Source of the DNA: Nemertoderma westbladi
Lineage: Eukaryota > Animalia > Xenacoelomorpha
Assembly (NCBI GenBank): GCA_032718475.1
Contig: JAUCBJ010007402.1
Span: forward strand, 30,426-94,425
DNA: 64,000 nucleotides
Direction: 5' to 3'
The position numbers were made by a program, and so were the translations under genes. A model generated the notes under the pieces. That model saw nothing but the letters and a program-made list of their open reading frames with translations. It had not been told where the DNA came from and did not search any database. Every line of letters starts with the position of its first letter. Position 1 is the first letter of the stretch. Below, one piece after another: positions 10,507-20,134 of this stretch.

Positions 10507-11450
10507 TTACGTTGTTCGATCTCTCGTTTGGCCTCTCGTCCGCGTTGTTCGGCCTCCTGTTTGCGTTGTTCGGCCTGTCGTTCGTCCTCCCGTCTATGTT
10601 GTTCGGCCTCCTGTTTGCGTTGTTCGGCCTGCCGTTCGGCCTCTCGTCTATGTTGTTCGGCCTCTCGTCTATGTTGTTCGGCCTGCCGTTCGGCCTCTCG
10701 TCTATGTTGTTCGGCCTCTCGTCCACGTTGTTCGGCCTGTCGTTCGGCCTCTCGTCTATGTTGTTCGGCCTCCTGTTCGTGTTGTTCGGCCTGCCGTTCG
10801 GCCGCTTGTTCGGCCTCTCGCTTTTGTGTTTCGGCGGCTAATACATCTTGCTCGGCTTGCAGTTGAATATACTCATCTTCCATCCGAGCTTTGAGGGCTA
10901 ATGCCTTCCGTTCTCGCAGTTGGTCTCGGAGTGGCGGCGCCCGAGAACTGCGCGCCGAGCCGGATATCTCGCTCCTAGCGCTGGAGTGCTGATTTCTAGC
11001 GGACCCCGTTCTCTTTCGATGTACTGCTGTCCTGATGCTGGAGGATCGTACTGATTCCGCGTCAGCCCTCTTGTAATACTGTTCCTCATAGCCTCTCACA
11101 AGGCTGAGGGTCCTCCGGTGTTGTTTGCGGAACCCATCTAGATGTACAACGTGTTCTTCCAACTTGGGGTAGTTTTCCTGATCGGTGGGGGGAACGAGCT
11201 CTTGGTACGCCTGTATCATTCTTTCGTACCGCTGTAGGATATTTCGGATACTTTGAAGCTGAGTTTGTACCTCATTGAGGGGGGTTTTGACTCCCTTGAG
11301 TTGTTTCTCCATCCGTTGATACGCTCGGGTTACTCCGCCTTTAAGAGCCCCTAACCGACGGGTCATGTTCTTGACGTTTGGTACCTCGTCGGCTTCCGAG
11401 TCTGTGTGGTGATCCATCTCGTCGGTATCGGATACGTTATTTGTTGTCAT
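10404..11450 (-). CDS. N-terminal Gag region of BEL-1 (helical, EAEQ-rich repeats), out of frame with gag-pol
   Basis: RRLGALKGGVTR N-terminal motif typical of BEL gag; tandem REAERQAEQH repeats at ~10530-10830; overlaps the next ORF. Confidence 0.8.
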   Translation of the reverse strand: MTTNNVSDTDEMDHHTDSEADEVPNVKNMTRRLGALKGGVTRAYQRMEKQLKGVKTPLNEVQTQLQSIRNILQRYERMIQAYQELVPPTDQENYPKLEEHVVHLDGFRKQHRRTLSLVRGYEEQYYKRADAESVRSSSIRTAVHRKRTGSARNQHSSARSEISGSARSSRAPPLRDQLRERKALALKARMEDEYIQLQAEQDVLAAETQKREAEQAAERQAEQHEQEAEQHRREAERQAEQRGREAEQHRREAERQAEQHRREAEQHRREAERQAEQRKQEAEQHRREDERQAEQRKQEAEQRGREAKREIEQRKWRKCVNNTPRPKQFSSTKRMRILQNSQNTKPHL

Positions 11451-11638
11451 TGTAACGCCTCGTCGATGGCTAGATACGCGATGTCGTAAAACAGTTCCTC
11501 GTAGGTATTGTACTCAGCTTGGACCACCCGAACAGTAATCCTGAATCGTCCAACGTTCGTTCCTTGTACCTCAACTTCGACGTGCCAGATTCCTGGCTCA
11601 ACTTGAATTATATCAATGGGTGTGATCGATACTTCCAT
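11447..11638 (-). CDS. Putative 63-aa upstream ORF with stop overlapping the gag start (ATGA)
   Basis: ATG-initiated, protein-like alternating hydrophobic pattern; TGA 11449-11447 overlaps ATG 11450-11448. Confidence 0.4.
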   Translation of the reverse strand: MEVSITPIDIIQVEPGIWHVEVEVQGTNVGRFRITVRVVQAEYNTYEELFYDIAYLAIDEALQ

Positions 11639-11831
11639 TCCCTGTTAACAACTCTCCAAATATGTGATCTGCCGACTACGAGTTGGTTAGATCGAGTTTG
11701 TTGATGAATTAAACCACGACTTTGTCTCAACTCAAATACCAGAGTTTCCTCGTAGTGGGTGCTGGCAAGCACGTAGAGAGTTTTTGAAGAGTATTGAAGG
11801 ATTCTCAACTTCCACCAGTTGAAGTTGACAG

Positions 11832-11932
11832 TAATTATCCTTAATCTTGACACCCTGTCAAAATTAACCGCATTAATTATTCTTAATTTTGACACCCTGT
11901 CAAAATTAACCATATAATTATTCTTAATTTTG
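11832..11932. repeat. ~40-bp repeat (2 full copies plus a partial) with TTGACA-CCC-TGTCAA palindrome in the BEL-1 leader
   Basis: TAATTAT.CTTAAT.TTGACACCCTGTCAAAATTAACC repeated. Confidence 0.85.
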
Positions 11933-12115
11933 TTGCCGTTATCCCTACACCAGGGGGGAAAAACGCCGATGCTGGAGACGTGACTTAACAGACCACCGAG
12001 CCCCGGCCAGTCACCGGATATTGATTGTGGGGAGGGAATATTTTCTGCGATGCAAGTTTGCGGTTGATAAAAAGCTGCATTAGTTGGATATACTCTTTAA
12101 TGTAACTTCCTATAG

Positions 12116-12225
12116 TTGAAACCCGTTCAACATCATTGAAACTTGTTCAACATCATTGAAACTTGTTCAACATCATTGAAACTTGTTCAACATCATTGAA
12201 ACTTGTTCAACATCATTGAAACTTG
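12116..12225. repeat. 20-bp tandem repeat x5.5 in the BEL-1 leader
   Basis: (TTGAAACTTGTTCAACATCA)n. Confidence 0.95.
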
Positions 12226-12328
12226 ATTAAGAATAATTTTGGGCTTCCCCAAATCAATATACACCAAATATTCACAATAATTATACACGATAATATAAAT
12301 CCCTACGGTATATTATTTAATAACCCAC

Positions 12329-13416
12329 TGTTCGCTCAGAATTTTAGCCTACCTAATGTTCCCCAGATTTTCCCTCGGTCCCAGTCTTAGTGCCATAGTG
12401 TCGGTGTCGGTCGACCCTGTCGCGTGTCCGTTCCACCCCTCACGATCCCCGAAGGGAACGATCATCGAGAACCAGCACGGCTTGGCTAAGGGTCGGTCCA
12501 GTCGGTAGACTCTGTCGCGTATCCGTACCACCCCTCTCGAACCCCGAAGGGTTCGGTCATCGAGAACCAGTACGGCTTGGCTAGGAGTCTGTCGTGTCGG
12601 TGGACCCGTTCGCGTGTCCGTTCCACCCCTCACGAACCCCGAAGGGTTCGATCATCGAGAACCAGAACGGCTTGGCTAGGGGTCCGTCGTTTCGTCACAG
12701 AAACCCAACCACCTAGGCTTTCCGAGTCCCTTTCAGGCTCGTAGTCGCTTCGGCAGCCGAGAAACTGCTCCGAACAGTCGGTAGGCCAGTAGAGTCTAGT
12801 CGAGTCTAGTCCTTTGTCTTTCGACCCCATCGCGTGTCCGTTCCACCCCTCGCGAACCCCGAAGGGAACGATCATCGAGAACCAGTACGGCTTAGGTCAG
12901 GGGGCAGTCGTTAGTTGGCCACCCGTTCGCGTGTCCGCTCCACCCCTCACGAACCCCGAAGGGAACGATCATCGAGAACCAGAACGGCTTGGCTACTAAG
13001 GGGCCGTCGGTGCCCGTCGCAAATCCCTGACACAAGCAGTCAGCGGTCCGAGTTCTTTTCAGTCTCGTAATGGCTGCTGATGGCCAGGGACCGCTAAGGG
13101 CAGTCCTTGTCCTTTAGGCCTGGCGCATTACCAAATCCACCCCTACAGGCAGCAGGAAGTTGGCCAGGGCCTAATAGTACTCAGGCTAACCTGAATACTG
13201 CTTGCATTTTCCATCCCCCCCCCTGGCCCTTATAACTATGAAATTATTCCCGTACCCTGTAAGTTGCCCCAAAGTTCGCCCATAAATCGCCCCCAGTTTA
13301 TTGAATGTGCCCAAAACCCATGGTCCCGCACCCAGTAGTAATATCGGAATAATCAATTTTAAATAAAATACAAAAATATTCAACTCGCGTTATGGAAAGT
13401 TGAAATACCGCGAACA
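12329..13416 (-). repeat. 5' LTR of BEL-1 (~1088 bp) containing five copies of a ~96-bp structured unit
   Basis: 7-bp terminal inverted repeat TGTTCGC...GCGAACA defines the inferred left end; the right end is defined by identity with 1-654. TATAA on the minus strand at ~13230-13235. Confidence 0.85.
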
Positions 13417-13418
13417 CA

Positions 13419-16400
13419 CTTCATGCAGCAGACTTCTCCCAATCTCTGGCCCAAACCATATTTGATAGGCTTCCTCTGGATATTCGAGAAAGAATACATT
13501 TATTATCCCGCCTTGACCATAATAAAACAGTATTATTGAATGTTCACCAACTACTTTCATACTTGAATCAAACATTACAAGATAAAGAAGATTGTGTAAG
13601 TTCTAAGGAACTAACCAAATCAGCAAGAACAGTTTTAACCACTCAATCACCAACAACAACATCAGCACAAACACCACAATCTACAATTGCTAGTTTTCCT
13701 TCCATTACTAACCCCAACCCAGGCAATAATAATGGTGCTTCGACAGGTTATAGCAAGGATATAAAGAAATGTTTCTACTGTGACAATACTTCTCACATTA
13801 CTGCAATGTGCCCTATAACACATGAAGAAAAATATAATACTGTAAGGCGAAAAAGTGCATGCACCAACTGCCTTCACAGAAATGACCATATTGCAAAGAA
13901 CTGTCCTAGCAAGTTTCGCTGTGCAAAGTGTAAAGGAAAACACCATACAAGTCTTCATAGAGATAGACCATTTGACAATCAACAATATAGCCATGGCCAT
14001 CCAACTACCTATCGCAACTCTCAACCGTCTACCCATTGGAATCAAAATTATAATAAAACCATACCGGTTAGAGTTAATTCATCTAGACCTCCCTTTCTAC
14101 CATCATCACTCAAATCGCCTCAATCCACACCTAATCCAACTGCCCCAGAATGGATACCATCTAATAAAGTAAATCATACTACATCAGCTACTATATCAGC
14201 ACCCAAACCTGAGTTAACCCTTTGTCAACAAATATATACCAATAAAGATAGTATTGAGGAAAAAGATATTGCTGATATTGTGATTTTACAAACTGCAGTG
14301 ACCCAAGTAGTTTGTGGTGAAAGAATACTACAATGTAACATTTTGATAGATCCAGGCAGTCAAAGGTCATATATAACAACCCTATGTGTAAACAAGTTAA
14401 GCAGCAGCATATTAGCCAAGAAAAATATTACTGTTTGTGGCTTTGGAGGAGTTGTAAAGTCATTACAACTTTCTACAACAAATGTTAAATTAGTTACTAG
14501 TGATGGTCTTATTCCTTTATCTACATATGTTATTGACCAAATTGTATCGCCCTTTGACCAACACAATTGGAATTATTGCCATACCTTAGACTACATAAAG
14601 GAGCTTGGTTTAGAAAACTTTGCAGACCCATTAAATCAAGATACATTTTGTGTTGATATCATGATTGGAGGTGATCAATCTTGGAAATTTATTAAAGATA
14701 CAATAATTAAAGGGGAAGGTCCAATGGTGCAACCTTCAAATCTTGGATATATACTACTTGGCCCCCTTTCTCCTTCTGCCTTTGAAGAAATTCATGGCCC
14801 TTACTCCCCTGATTCTGAGGGAATAACAGCATTAACTTGTATGCATTCTAGTGTAACCTTTTCTAATAACACCATTTATGAGAAATTAGATACTCAAATT
14901 AACCATTATTTTTCATTGGAAGGTCTTGGTATAGATTCTGTTGAAATGACGGACAGAGATTTGAGGGATACTTTTATATCCGATTTTCAGTCAAAAATAA
15001 AATTTGTTAAGGGTAAATATGAGGTGCCATTACCATTTAAATTAGATCATCAAACACTCCCTTCTAATATAGAAGAAGCTACAAGGCGGTGTAAACAAGT
15101 TTTATGGCGTTTAAAAAAAATCAATTTATTTAAAGAATATGATGATATTATTCAAGACCAGATAAATAAAGGCTATGTGGAAATAATACCTGAGTCAGAA
15201 AATCCATGGAATGAGAAGGATTCTCATTTTATGCCACATTTTTTTGTGATGCAACCTAACAGTGTTACTACACCTATTAGAATTGTCTTTGCAGCGAATT
15301 CTGGAAACCCATCTTTGAATGAGTGCTTGGAAACAGGACCTTGTATGCTTGCTGATCTTGTCAAAATTTTACATCTGTTCCGGGTTCCCAAATATGCATT
15401 TTGTTCTGACACAGCAAAGGCATTTTTTCAAGTTAAATTGAATCAAGAGCATTTAAATTACGTTAAATTCATTTGGGTGAAAGACCACAATCCTAATGGT
15501 GAGTTAATTGTTCTACGATATCTTGTGGTTTGGTTCGGATCTACTTCATCATCATTTCTACTTAGCGTCACAATCGACTTCCATTTGAAGAAATGTGATT
15601 CAGCTGTTGCTGCTGATATGCTTAATAAGTTTTATTGTGACAATCTACTGTCAGGATGTGACACTGAAGAGGAAGTGTTATTTTATTATAGAGAAGCTAC
15701 AGAAGTGATGAAAGAAGGTGGCTTTAATCTCCGGCAATGGCGGTCAAATTCAAATATCTTAAACAATGCTGCTAAAGAAGATGGTTTGAATGCCAAAGAA
15801 ACTGTAATTCGTATTTTGGGAATGGTTTGGAACACATTGGATGACACCTTCTTCTTTCCTTTGAAAACAATATTTGATACAAAAATAACCAATAACATTA
15901 CTAAACGAATTATTCTAAGTCAATCTTCATTGACATATGATCCAATGGGCCTTATACATCCTGTCACCCTAAATACGACTCTATTTGTATCAAAATTATG
16001 GGAGTGTAAATATGGCTGGGATGAACCCCTTCCCTTGCATATTTGTAATGATTGGAAAGAACAGATCCAAGAAGTTGAAAAAGTTGTTCAGGACTTCAAA
16101 ATTCAGCGCCATTTAGATTTACAGAGATCAAACATTTCTCTACATACATTTGCAGATGCTTCCCTAGTGGCATTTGGGTGTGTTTCTTACTTTGTTTCAG
16201 ACTTATCGGTAAATCTAATAGGCTCAAAAGTAAAAGTAGTAGCAAAAAAGAAACATAAAGGTTTATCAATTCCAAGTAAGGAACTCTTAGCACTTACACT
16301 GGCTGAACGTTATACTTCTTACCTATGTAATATATACAAACCTGCATTTGGCAATTTTATAGTTAAAATTTGGTCTGACAGTCTAATATGCTTGCATTGG

Positions 16401-18407
16401 TTACATTCAGAAAAAATGTTGAAGGTGTTTGTAAGGAATCGTGTGAAAGAGATCCTTAGTACACGTACATTACCAGAAATATCACATGTGAGGACTGATG
16501 ACAACCCTGCTGATATTTTATCAAGGTCTTGTACTGCTGATTATTTATTGAAGTCAAATTTATGGCGAAATGGACCTACTTGGCTAAAGAATAAAAAAGA
16601 ATGGCCAATTTGGAAGCCTAAACATACAATTTCGATTACAGCACTTGTTGAAAAAGAAGTGTTGAATGAGTACTACTGTGGTATATTGTCATGTATTGAT
16701 TTAACAAGATTTAATAATTACGAAGCATTACTTCGAGTAGTAGCATACATTTTGCGATTTATTACGAAACATACACGTAGTTCACTTACAATTGAAGCTG
16801 AGGAAATGAATTTATCTGAACTTTATCTTATTCGATCTCTTCAAGCTTCAGCCTTTGCAGATGTTTATGAATATGTTGCAACTAATCGTCAACTTGAACG
16901 AATTGAAGATTTAAGTAGCCATGTCAAATTACATCATGAGCGAAGTCCACCCATTGTAAAGCAACTTGGGTTATGCATGGATAAACATGGCTGTATTTGT
17001 CTTGCCGGGAGAGTAAACATAGATCATAGGTATACATTACCTTTACTGCTTCCTAAAGATCATTATGTCACAAAACTTATTATTCGACATGTACATGAAA
17101 CAAACTTACATGCAGGTGTTAGTTCTACATTAGTAGCTTTTCGACAGAAATATTGGGTAGCCAGCTCAAGACAACAAGTGAGAAAAACAATCCATCCATG
17201 CATTATATGTTCTAAAGTTATAGGGAAACCCTTTCCCTTGCCACCAACTCCATCCTTACCATATTTTCGTATTGATGCTGATGTACCTTACTCTGCTGTT
17301 GGGATGGATTACACGGGACATTTATGGATAATAAATGATCTTATTAATAGAGAGAAATTAAAAGTTTATGTTTGCCTATTTACTTGTTGTTCAACACGAC
17401 ATATTAATTTAGAACTAGCTAATGATTTATCAGCTGACGCCTTTCTTCAATGTTTTAGACGTCATTGTGCTGTATATTCTACCCCATCATTATGTATTTC
17501 TGATAATGCTTCAAACTTCGTAGCTGGTAATGATGAGATCAGCGAACTCTACAATACCTTAGATAAGGAGGATACTATTAATAGCATGAAAGATATTTGT
17601 GATGCAAACAAAGTAAAGTTATATTTCTGCAAAAGAAGAATACGGTTTCATCACATACCAAAGAGAGCCCCATGGTGGGGTGGGTTGTGGGAAATTCTTG
17701 TTGGCCTTGTAAAGACTGTACTCAAGAAAATTCTAAGATCATCATTTTTGACATTTAATGAACTGGAAACTGTGCTAAAAGAATGTCAAGCAGTGATTAA
17801 TGATAGACCACTATACTATATATCTTCAGATATTGACTATCCCCAACCAATATGTCCTTCGGAACTTGTATTTGGAAAGCGTATTACAGGATTACCTCAT
17901 CCACATGTTGAATTAGATGATATACTTGACCCTAGTTTTGGTGTAGACAAAACAACAATTAATCAGGCCCATAATAGACGCTCCCTCCTCCATAACCAAT
18001 TTGTAACACGTTTCAGGAAAGAGTATTTGGAAATGTTAAGAGATAAACATATATCCCAATACAAAAAGGTATCATCCTACCAGTCATGTATTGATGTTGG
18101 ACAAGTAGTTCAAATACATAGTGACACACCAAGAGTCAACTGGAAGTTAGCAATTGTAGAGCAGTTAATGAAAGGTCCGGACGGAGAAACAAGAGCTGCT
18201 ATAATACATACGGCAAATGGTAAAACCAACCGTCCAATTTCTAAACTATACCCACTGGAGCTTAGTGTAAGCAATATAGTGGACTTTAGAAAGAAAGAAA
18301 CCCCTGAACCCCAAGATAAAGATATACGTAGAAGTACTAGAAATGCAGCTGCTAGAGCCACAGAAAGAATCAAGGAGCAGCTTCAAGATGGCCCGGGAGA
18401 ATGTTGA
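13419..18407 (+). CDS. BEL/Pao Gag-Pol (5'-interrupted)
   Basis: CFYC..H..C, CTNC..H..C, CAKCKGKHHTSLH; LIDPGS; FYCDN; HTFADAS, NPADILSR; GMDYTG, SDNASNF, PWWGGLWE. Stop codon lies inside the LTR. Confidence 0.95.
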   Translation, partial: LHAADFSQSLAQTIFDRLPLDIRERIHLLSRLDHNKTVLLNVHQLLSYLNQTLQDKEDCVSSKELTKSARTVLTTQSPTTTSAQTPQSTIASFPSITNPNPGNNNGASTGYSKDIKKCFYCDNTSHITAMCPITHEEKYNTVRRKSACTNCLHRNDHIAKNCPSKFRCAKCKGKHHTSLHRDRPFDNQQYSHGHPTTYRNSQPSTHWNQNYNKTIPVRVNSSRPPFLPSSLKSPQSTPNPTAPEWIPSNKVNHTTSATISAPKPELTLCQQIYTNKDSIEEKDIADIVILQTAVTQVVCGERILQCNILIDPGSQRSYITTLCVNKLSSSILAKKNITVCGFGGVVKSLQLSTTNVKLVTSDGLIPLSTYVIDQIVSPFDQHNWNYCHTLDYIKELGLENFADPLNQDTFCVDIMIGGDQSWKFIKDTIIKGEGPMVQPSNLGYILLGPLSPSAFEEIHGPYSPDSEGITALTCMHSSVTFSNNTIYEKLDTQINHYFSLEGLGIDSVEMTDRDLRDTFISDFQSKIKFVKGKYEVPLPFKLDHQTLPSNIEEATRRCKQVLWRLKKINLFKEYDDIIQDQINKGYVEIIPESENPWNEKDSHFMPHFFVMQPNSVTTPIRIVFAANSGNPSLNECLETGPCMLADLVKILHLFRVPKYAFCSDTAKAFFQVKLNQEHLNYVKFIWVKDHNPNGELIVLRYLVVWFGSTSSSFLLSVTIDFHLKKCDSAVAADMLNKFYCDNLLSGCDTEEEVLFYYREATEVMKEGGFNLRQWRSNSNILNNAAKEDGLNAKETVIRILGMVWNTLDDTFFFPLKTIFDTKITNNITKRIILSQSSLTYDPMGLIHPVTLNTTLFVSKLWECKYGWDEPLPLHICNDWKEQIQEVEKVVQDFKIQRHLDLQRSNISLHTFADASLVAFGCVSYFVSDLSVNLIGSKVKVVAKKKHKGLSIPSKELLALTLAERYTSYLCNIYKPAFGNFIVKIWSDSLICLHWLHSEKMLKVFVRNRVKEILSTRTLPEISHVRTDDNPADILSRSCTADYLLKSNLWRNGPTWLKNKKEWPIWKPKHTISITALVEKEVLNEYYCGILSCIDLTRFNNYEALLRVVAYILRFITKHTRSSLTIEAEEMNLSELYLIRSLQASAFADVYEYVATNRQLERIEDLSSHVKLHHERSPPIVKQLGLCMDKHGCICLAGRVNIDHRYTLPLLLPKDHYVTKLIIRHVHETNLHAGVSSTLVAFRQKYWVASSRQQVRKTIHPCIICSKVIGKPFPLPPTPSLPYFRIDADVPYSAVGMDYTGHLWIINDLINREKLKVYVCLFTCCSTRHINLELANDLSADAFLQCFRRHCAVYSTPSLCISDNASNFVAGNDEISELYNTLDKEDTINSMKDICDANKVKLYFCKRRIRFHHIPKRAPWWGGLWEILVGLVKTVLKKILRSSFLTFNELETVLKECQAVINDRPLYYISSDIDYPQPICPSELVFGKRITGLPHPHVELDDILDPSFGVDKTTINQAHNRRSLLHNQFVTRFRKEYLEMLRDKHISQYKKVSSYQSCIDVGQVVQIHSDTPRVNWKLAIVEQLMKGPDGETRAAIIHTANGKTNRPISKLYPLELSVSNIVDFRKKETPEPQDKDIRRSTRNAAARATERIKEQLQDGPGEC

Positions 18408-18692
18408 AAATATATTAGACTGTGGTGATGGGAATGTTGACCATACTGTATCTATAAAATATATTCCCTTCGGGATCTAAGTTCTTATCTTTTTAGTTGT
18501 ACCAGTACTCTGTACTGTACTGCTTTCTTATGTATATATCTGAATGTGCTTTTGTCTATGTAAGTCTGCATGTGCTTTGTATGTACATTTTATTAACTGT
18601 ATGTCTTATTGCCTACCTCATGAATATGGAAACATAGTGCAGGATTGCTTGACTCTATTTTCTTCTGCTTGATTAGACTGCAATTCTCAACA
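18402..18692 (+). repeat. Probable 3' LTR of BEL-2
   Basis: Starts TGTTGA right after the PPT; inferred end TCAACA is its inverted complement. Partner LTR is not in the window. Confidence 0.65.
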
Positions 18693-18714
18693 AAGGGTGT
18701 CATAAGTGACACCA

Positions 18715-19106
18715 CTGCTCTTTTAATTATTAACACTTATTTATTTTATTTAATTTTAATTTATTTATTTGCACTTAATTTTAGATTTACCACTAAAATA
18801 GTTTTATATATTACTTTCTAAAGGACCTCATTGACTTTGATCTCGTTTTACTTAGCCCTAGGGTATACAGCTCCCTTACTGATAACTAATTACTCTTATC
18901 TATATCCAGACAGCTTTATCGTTGACCTTTGACACCCAATTAGCTTTAACCAAGCAACAGGTTTTTAATTATAGATGCATCCAAGCACCCCGCCCCCTCT
19001 CGTGACACCTCTGATTACTAATTACTCTTACCTATACCCAGCCATCTCCAGTTCCATAGTATGCCGCTAGAGGGTGTATTATCTGAAAATTAACATCTTC
19101 TCTAAC
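18715..19106 (+). repeat. Outer inverted repeat, left arm (IR-A)
   Basis: Reverse complement aligns, with scattered mismatches, to 28124-28394 + 45638-45730 + 52010-52058. Confidence 0.9.
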
Positions 19107-19419
19107 TTTGTTATTTACAATCCGCCAAACTATTAAGCTATACTGCTGAAGAGTTCTGAGGGGCGAGCCATGAGCTAAGATGTTTGAGACTTATTTAGAT
19201 ATATTATTACTTAATTTTGACCCCCCGGTCGGTATCTATTACAATATAGGCCATATCTTTTGCGGAGTCACAGAGTAGTCTGAAGTTCCCCGTCTGCCGC
19301 TAGATGGCGAAATGTCTCAAAGTGAAAACCATACAGTAGCTATGAATTGGGTACTAGCCAATAATACTACATTTTGTATAGTTAGGCCTATTGCTGACCA
19401 AACGAAAACTGCCATGGTC

Positions 19420-19480
19420 CATGGGGGGATCGAACCCATGACCTACGGGAGATGTGAATTCAACGCAACCACTACACCAA
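19420..19480 (-). repeat. tRNA-derived (SINE-head-like) remnant
   Basis: Minus strand TGGTGTAGTGG (A box) ... GGTTCGATCC (B box); no intact cloverleaf; resembles 53198-53270. Confidence 0.55.
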
Positions 19481-19576
19481 GGTGGAACAGTAATGTTCGA
19501 ATTTGTTCTTTGATGTTCGAATTTGTAAGACTCTCATTTAAGACCTTAGGCACTACTAAAGTCTCGAGTTTTAGGA

Positions 19577-19879
19577 CTGAGACACAGACTATGCCTCACT
19601 GAGACACAGACTATGTCTCACTGAGGAACAGACTATGCCTCACTGAGGCACAGACTATGCCTCACTGAGGCACAGACTATGCCTAACTGAGGCACTGAGG
19701 CACAGACTATGCCTCACTGAGGCACAGACTATGCCTCACTGATGCACAGACTATACCTCTCTGAGGCACAGACTATACCTCACTGAGGCACAGACTATGC
19801 CTAACTGAGGCACTGAGGCACAGACTATGCCTCACTGAGGCACTGAGGGATAGTCTATGCGTCACTGAGGCACAGACTA
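19577..19879 (+). repeat. 22-bp palindromic minisatellite, left arm
   Basis: (CTGAGGCACAGACTATGCCTCA)n, about 13 units. Confidence 0.95.
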
Positions 19880-20004
19880 AATATACGAGTTATATTGCAT
19901 TACATGAACAATAAATTACAATATACGAGCACAAAAGAGTTTGCAAGCACAGGTTCATATCCAACTAAAGCTCTATATTATGCATAGAAGTGGAATACTT
20001 TAGA

Positions 20005-20134
20005 ATGCTGGGGGAATTTGGTTTGTGAGGGATATTTGAATGGTGAGTATAACTATCCTTGAGAGTTAGTGTGACGTTATCTCACCATAGATGGGCTTTA
20101 CCACTGTACTCGCATCTGCCCTCTCATTGGCTGC
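20005..20134 (+). repeat. Inner inverted repeat, left arm (IR-B)
   Basis: Reverse complement of 21919-22051 with scattered mismatches. Confidence 0.92.

Larger units (their letters stand above)
1..13416 (-). mobile_element. BEL/Pao LTR retrotransposon (BEL-1) with accessory ORFs; left end lies outside the window
   Basis: Direct repeats ~71-654 and ~12831-13416 both end ...CGCGAACA (TGTTCGCG on the minus strand). PPT next to the left LTR; gag-pol with BEL domain order PR-RT-RH-IN. Confidence 0.95.
13417..18692 (+). mobile_element. BEL/Pao LTR retrotransposon (BEL-2), 3' part; gag interrupted by BEL-1
   Basis: Reading frame is open from the BEL-1 junction (LHAADFSQSLAQTIFDRLPLDIRERI...); PPT GGCCCGGGAGAA, then LTR. 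Confidence 0.92.

Noticed and set aside
10390-10894. Cys-, Val- or Phe-rich plus-strand ORFs
   Set aside because: Antisense shadows of the EAEQ repeat.
12116-12225. 20-bp GTTCAAC/TTGAAAC repeat as CRISPR direct repeats
   Set aside because: Head-to-tail tandem with no spacers.
12531-12661. Units as hammerhead ribozymes or SECIS elements
   Set aside because: CUCGAUGA resembles CUGAUGA, but there is no GAAA after the stem. The stem above the GA pairs is 7 bp with UUCG rather than a longer helix with apical AA.
12421-13000. LTR repeat-linker array as a CRISPR array
   Set aside because: Eukaryotic LTR context, repeats ~65 bp and degenerate, linkers related to each other, no cas genes.
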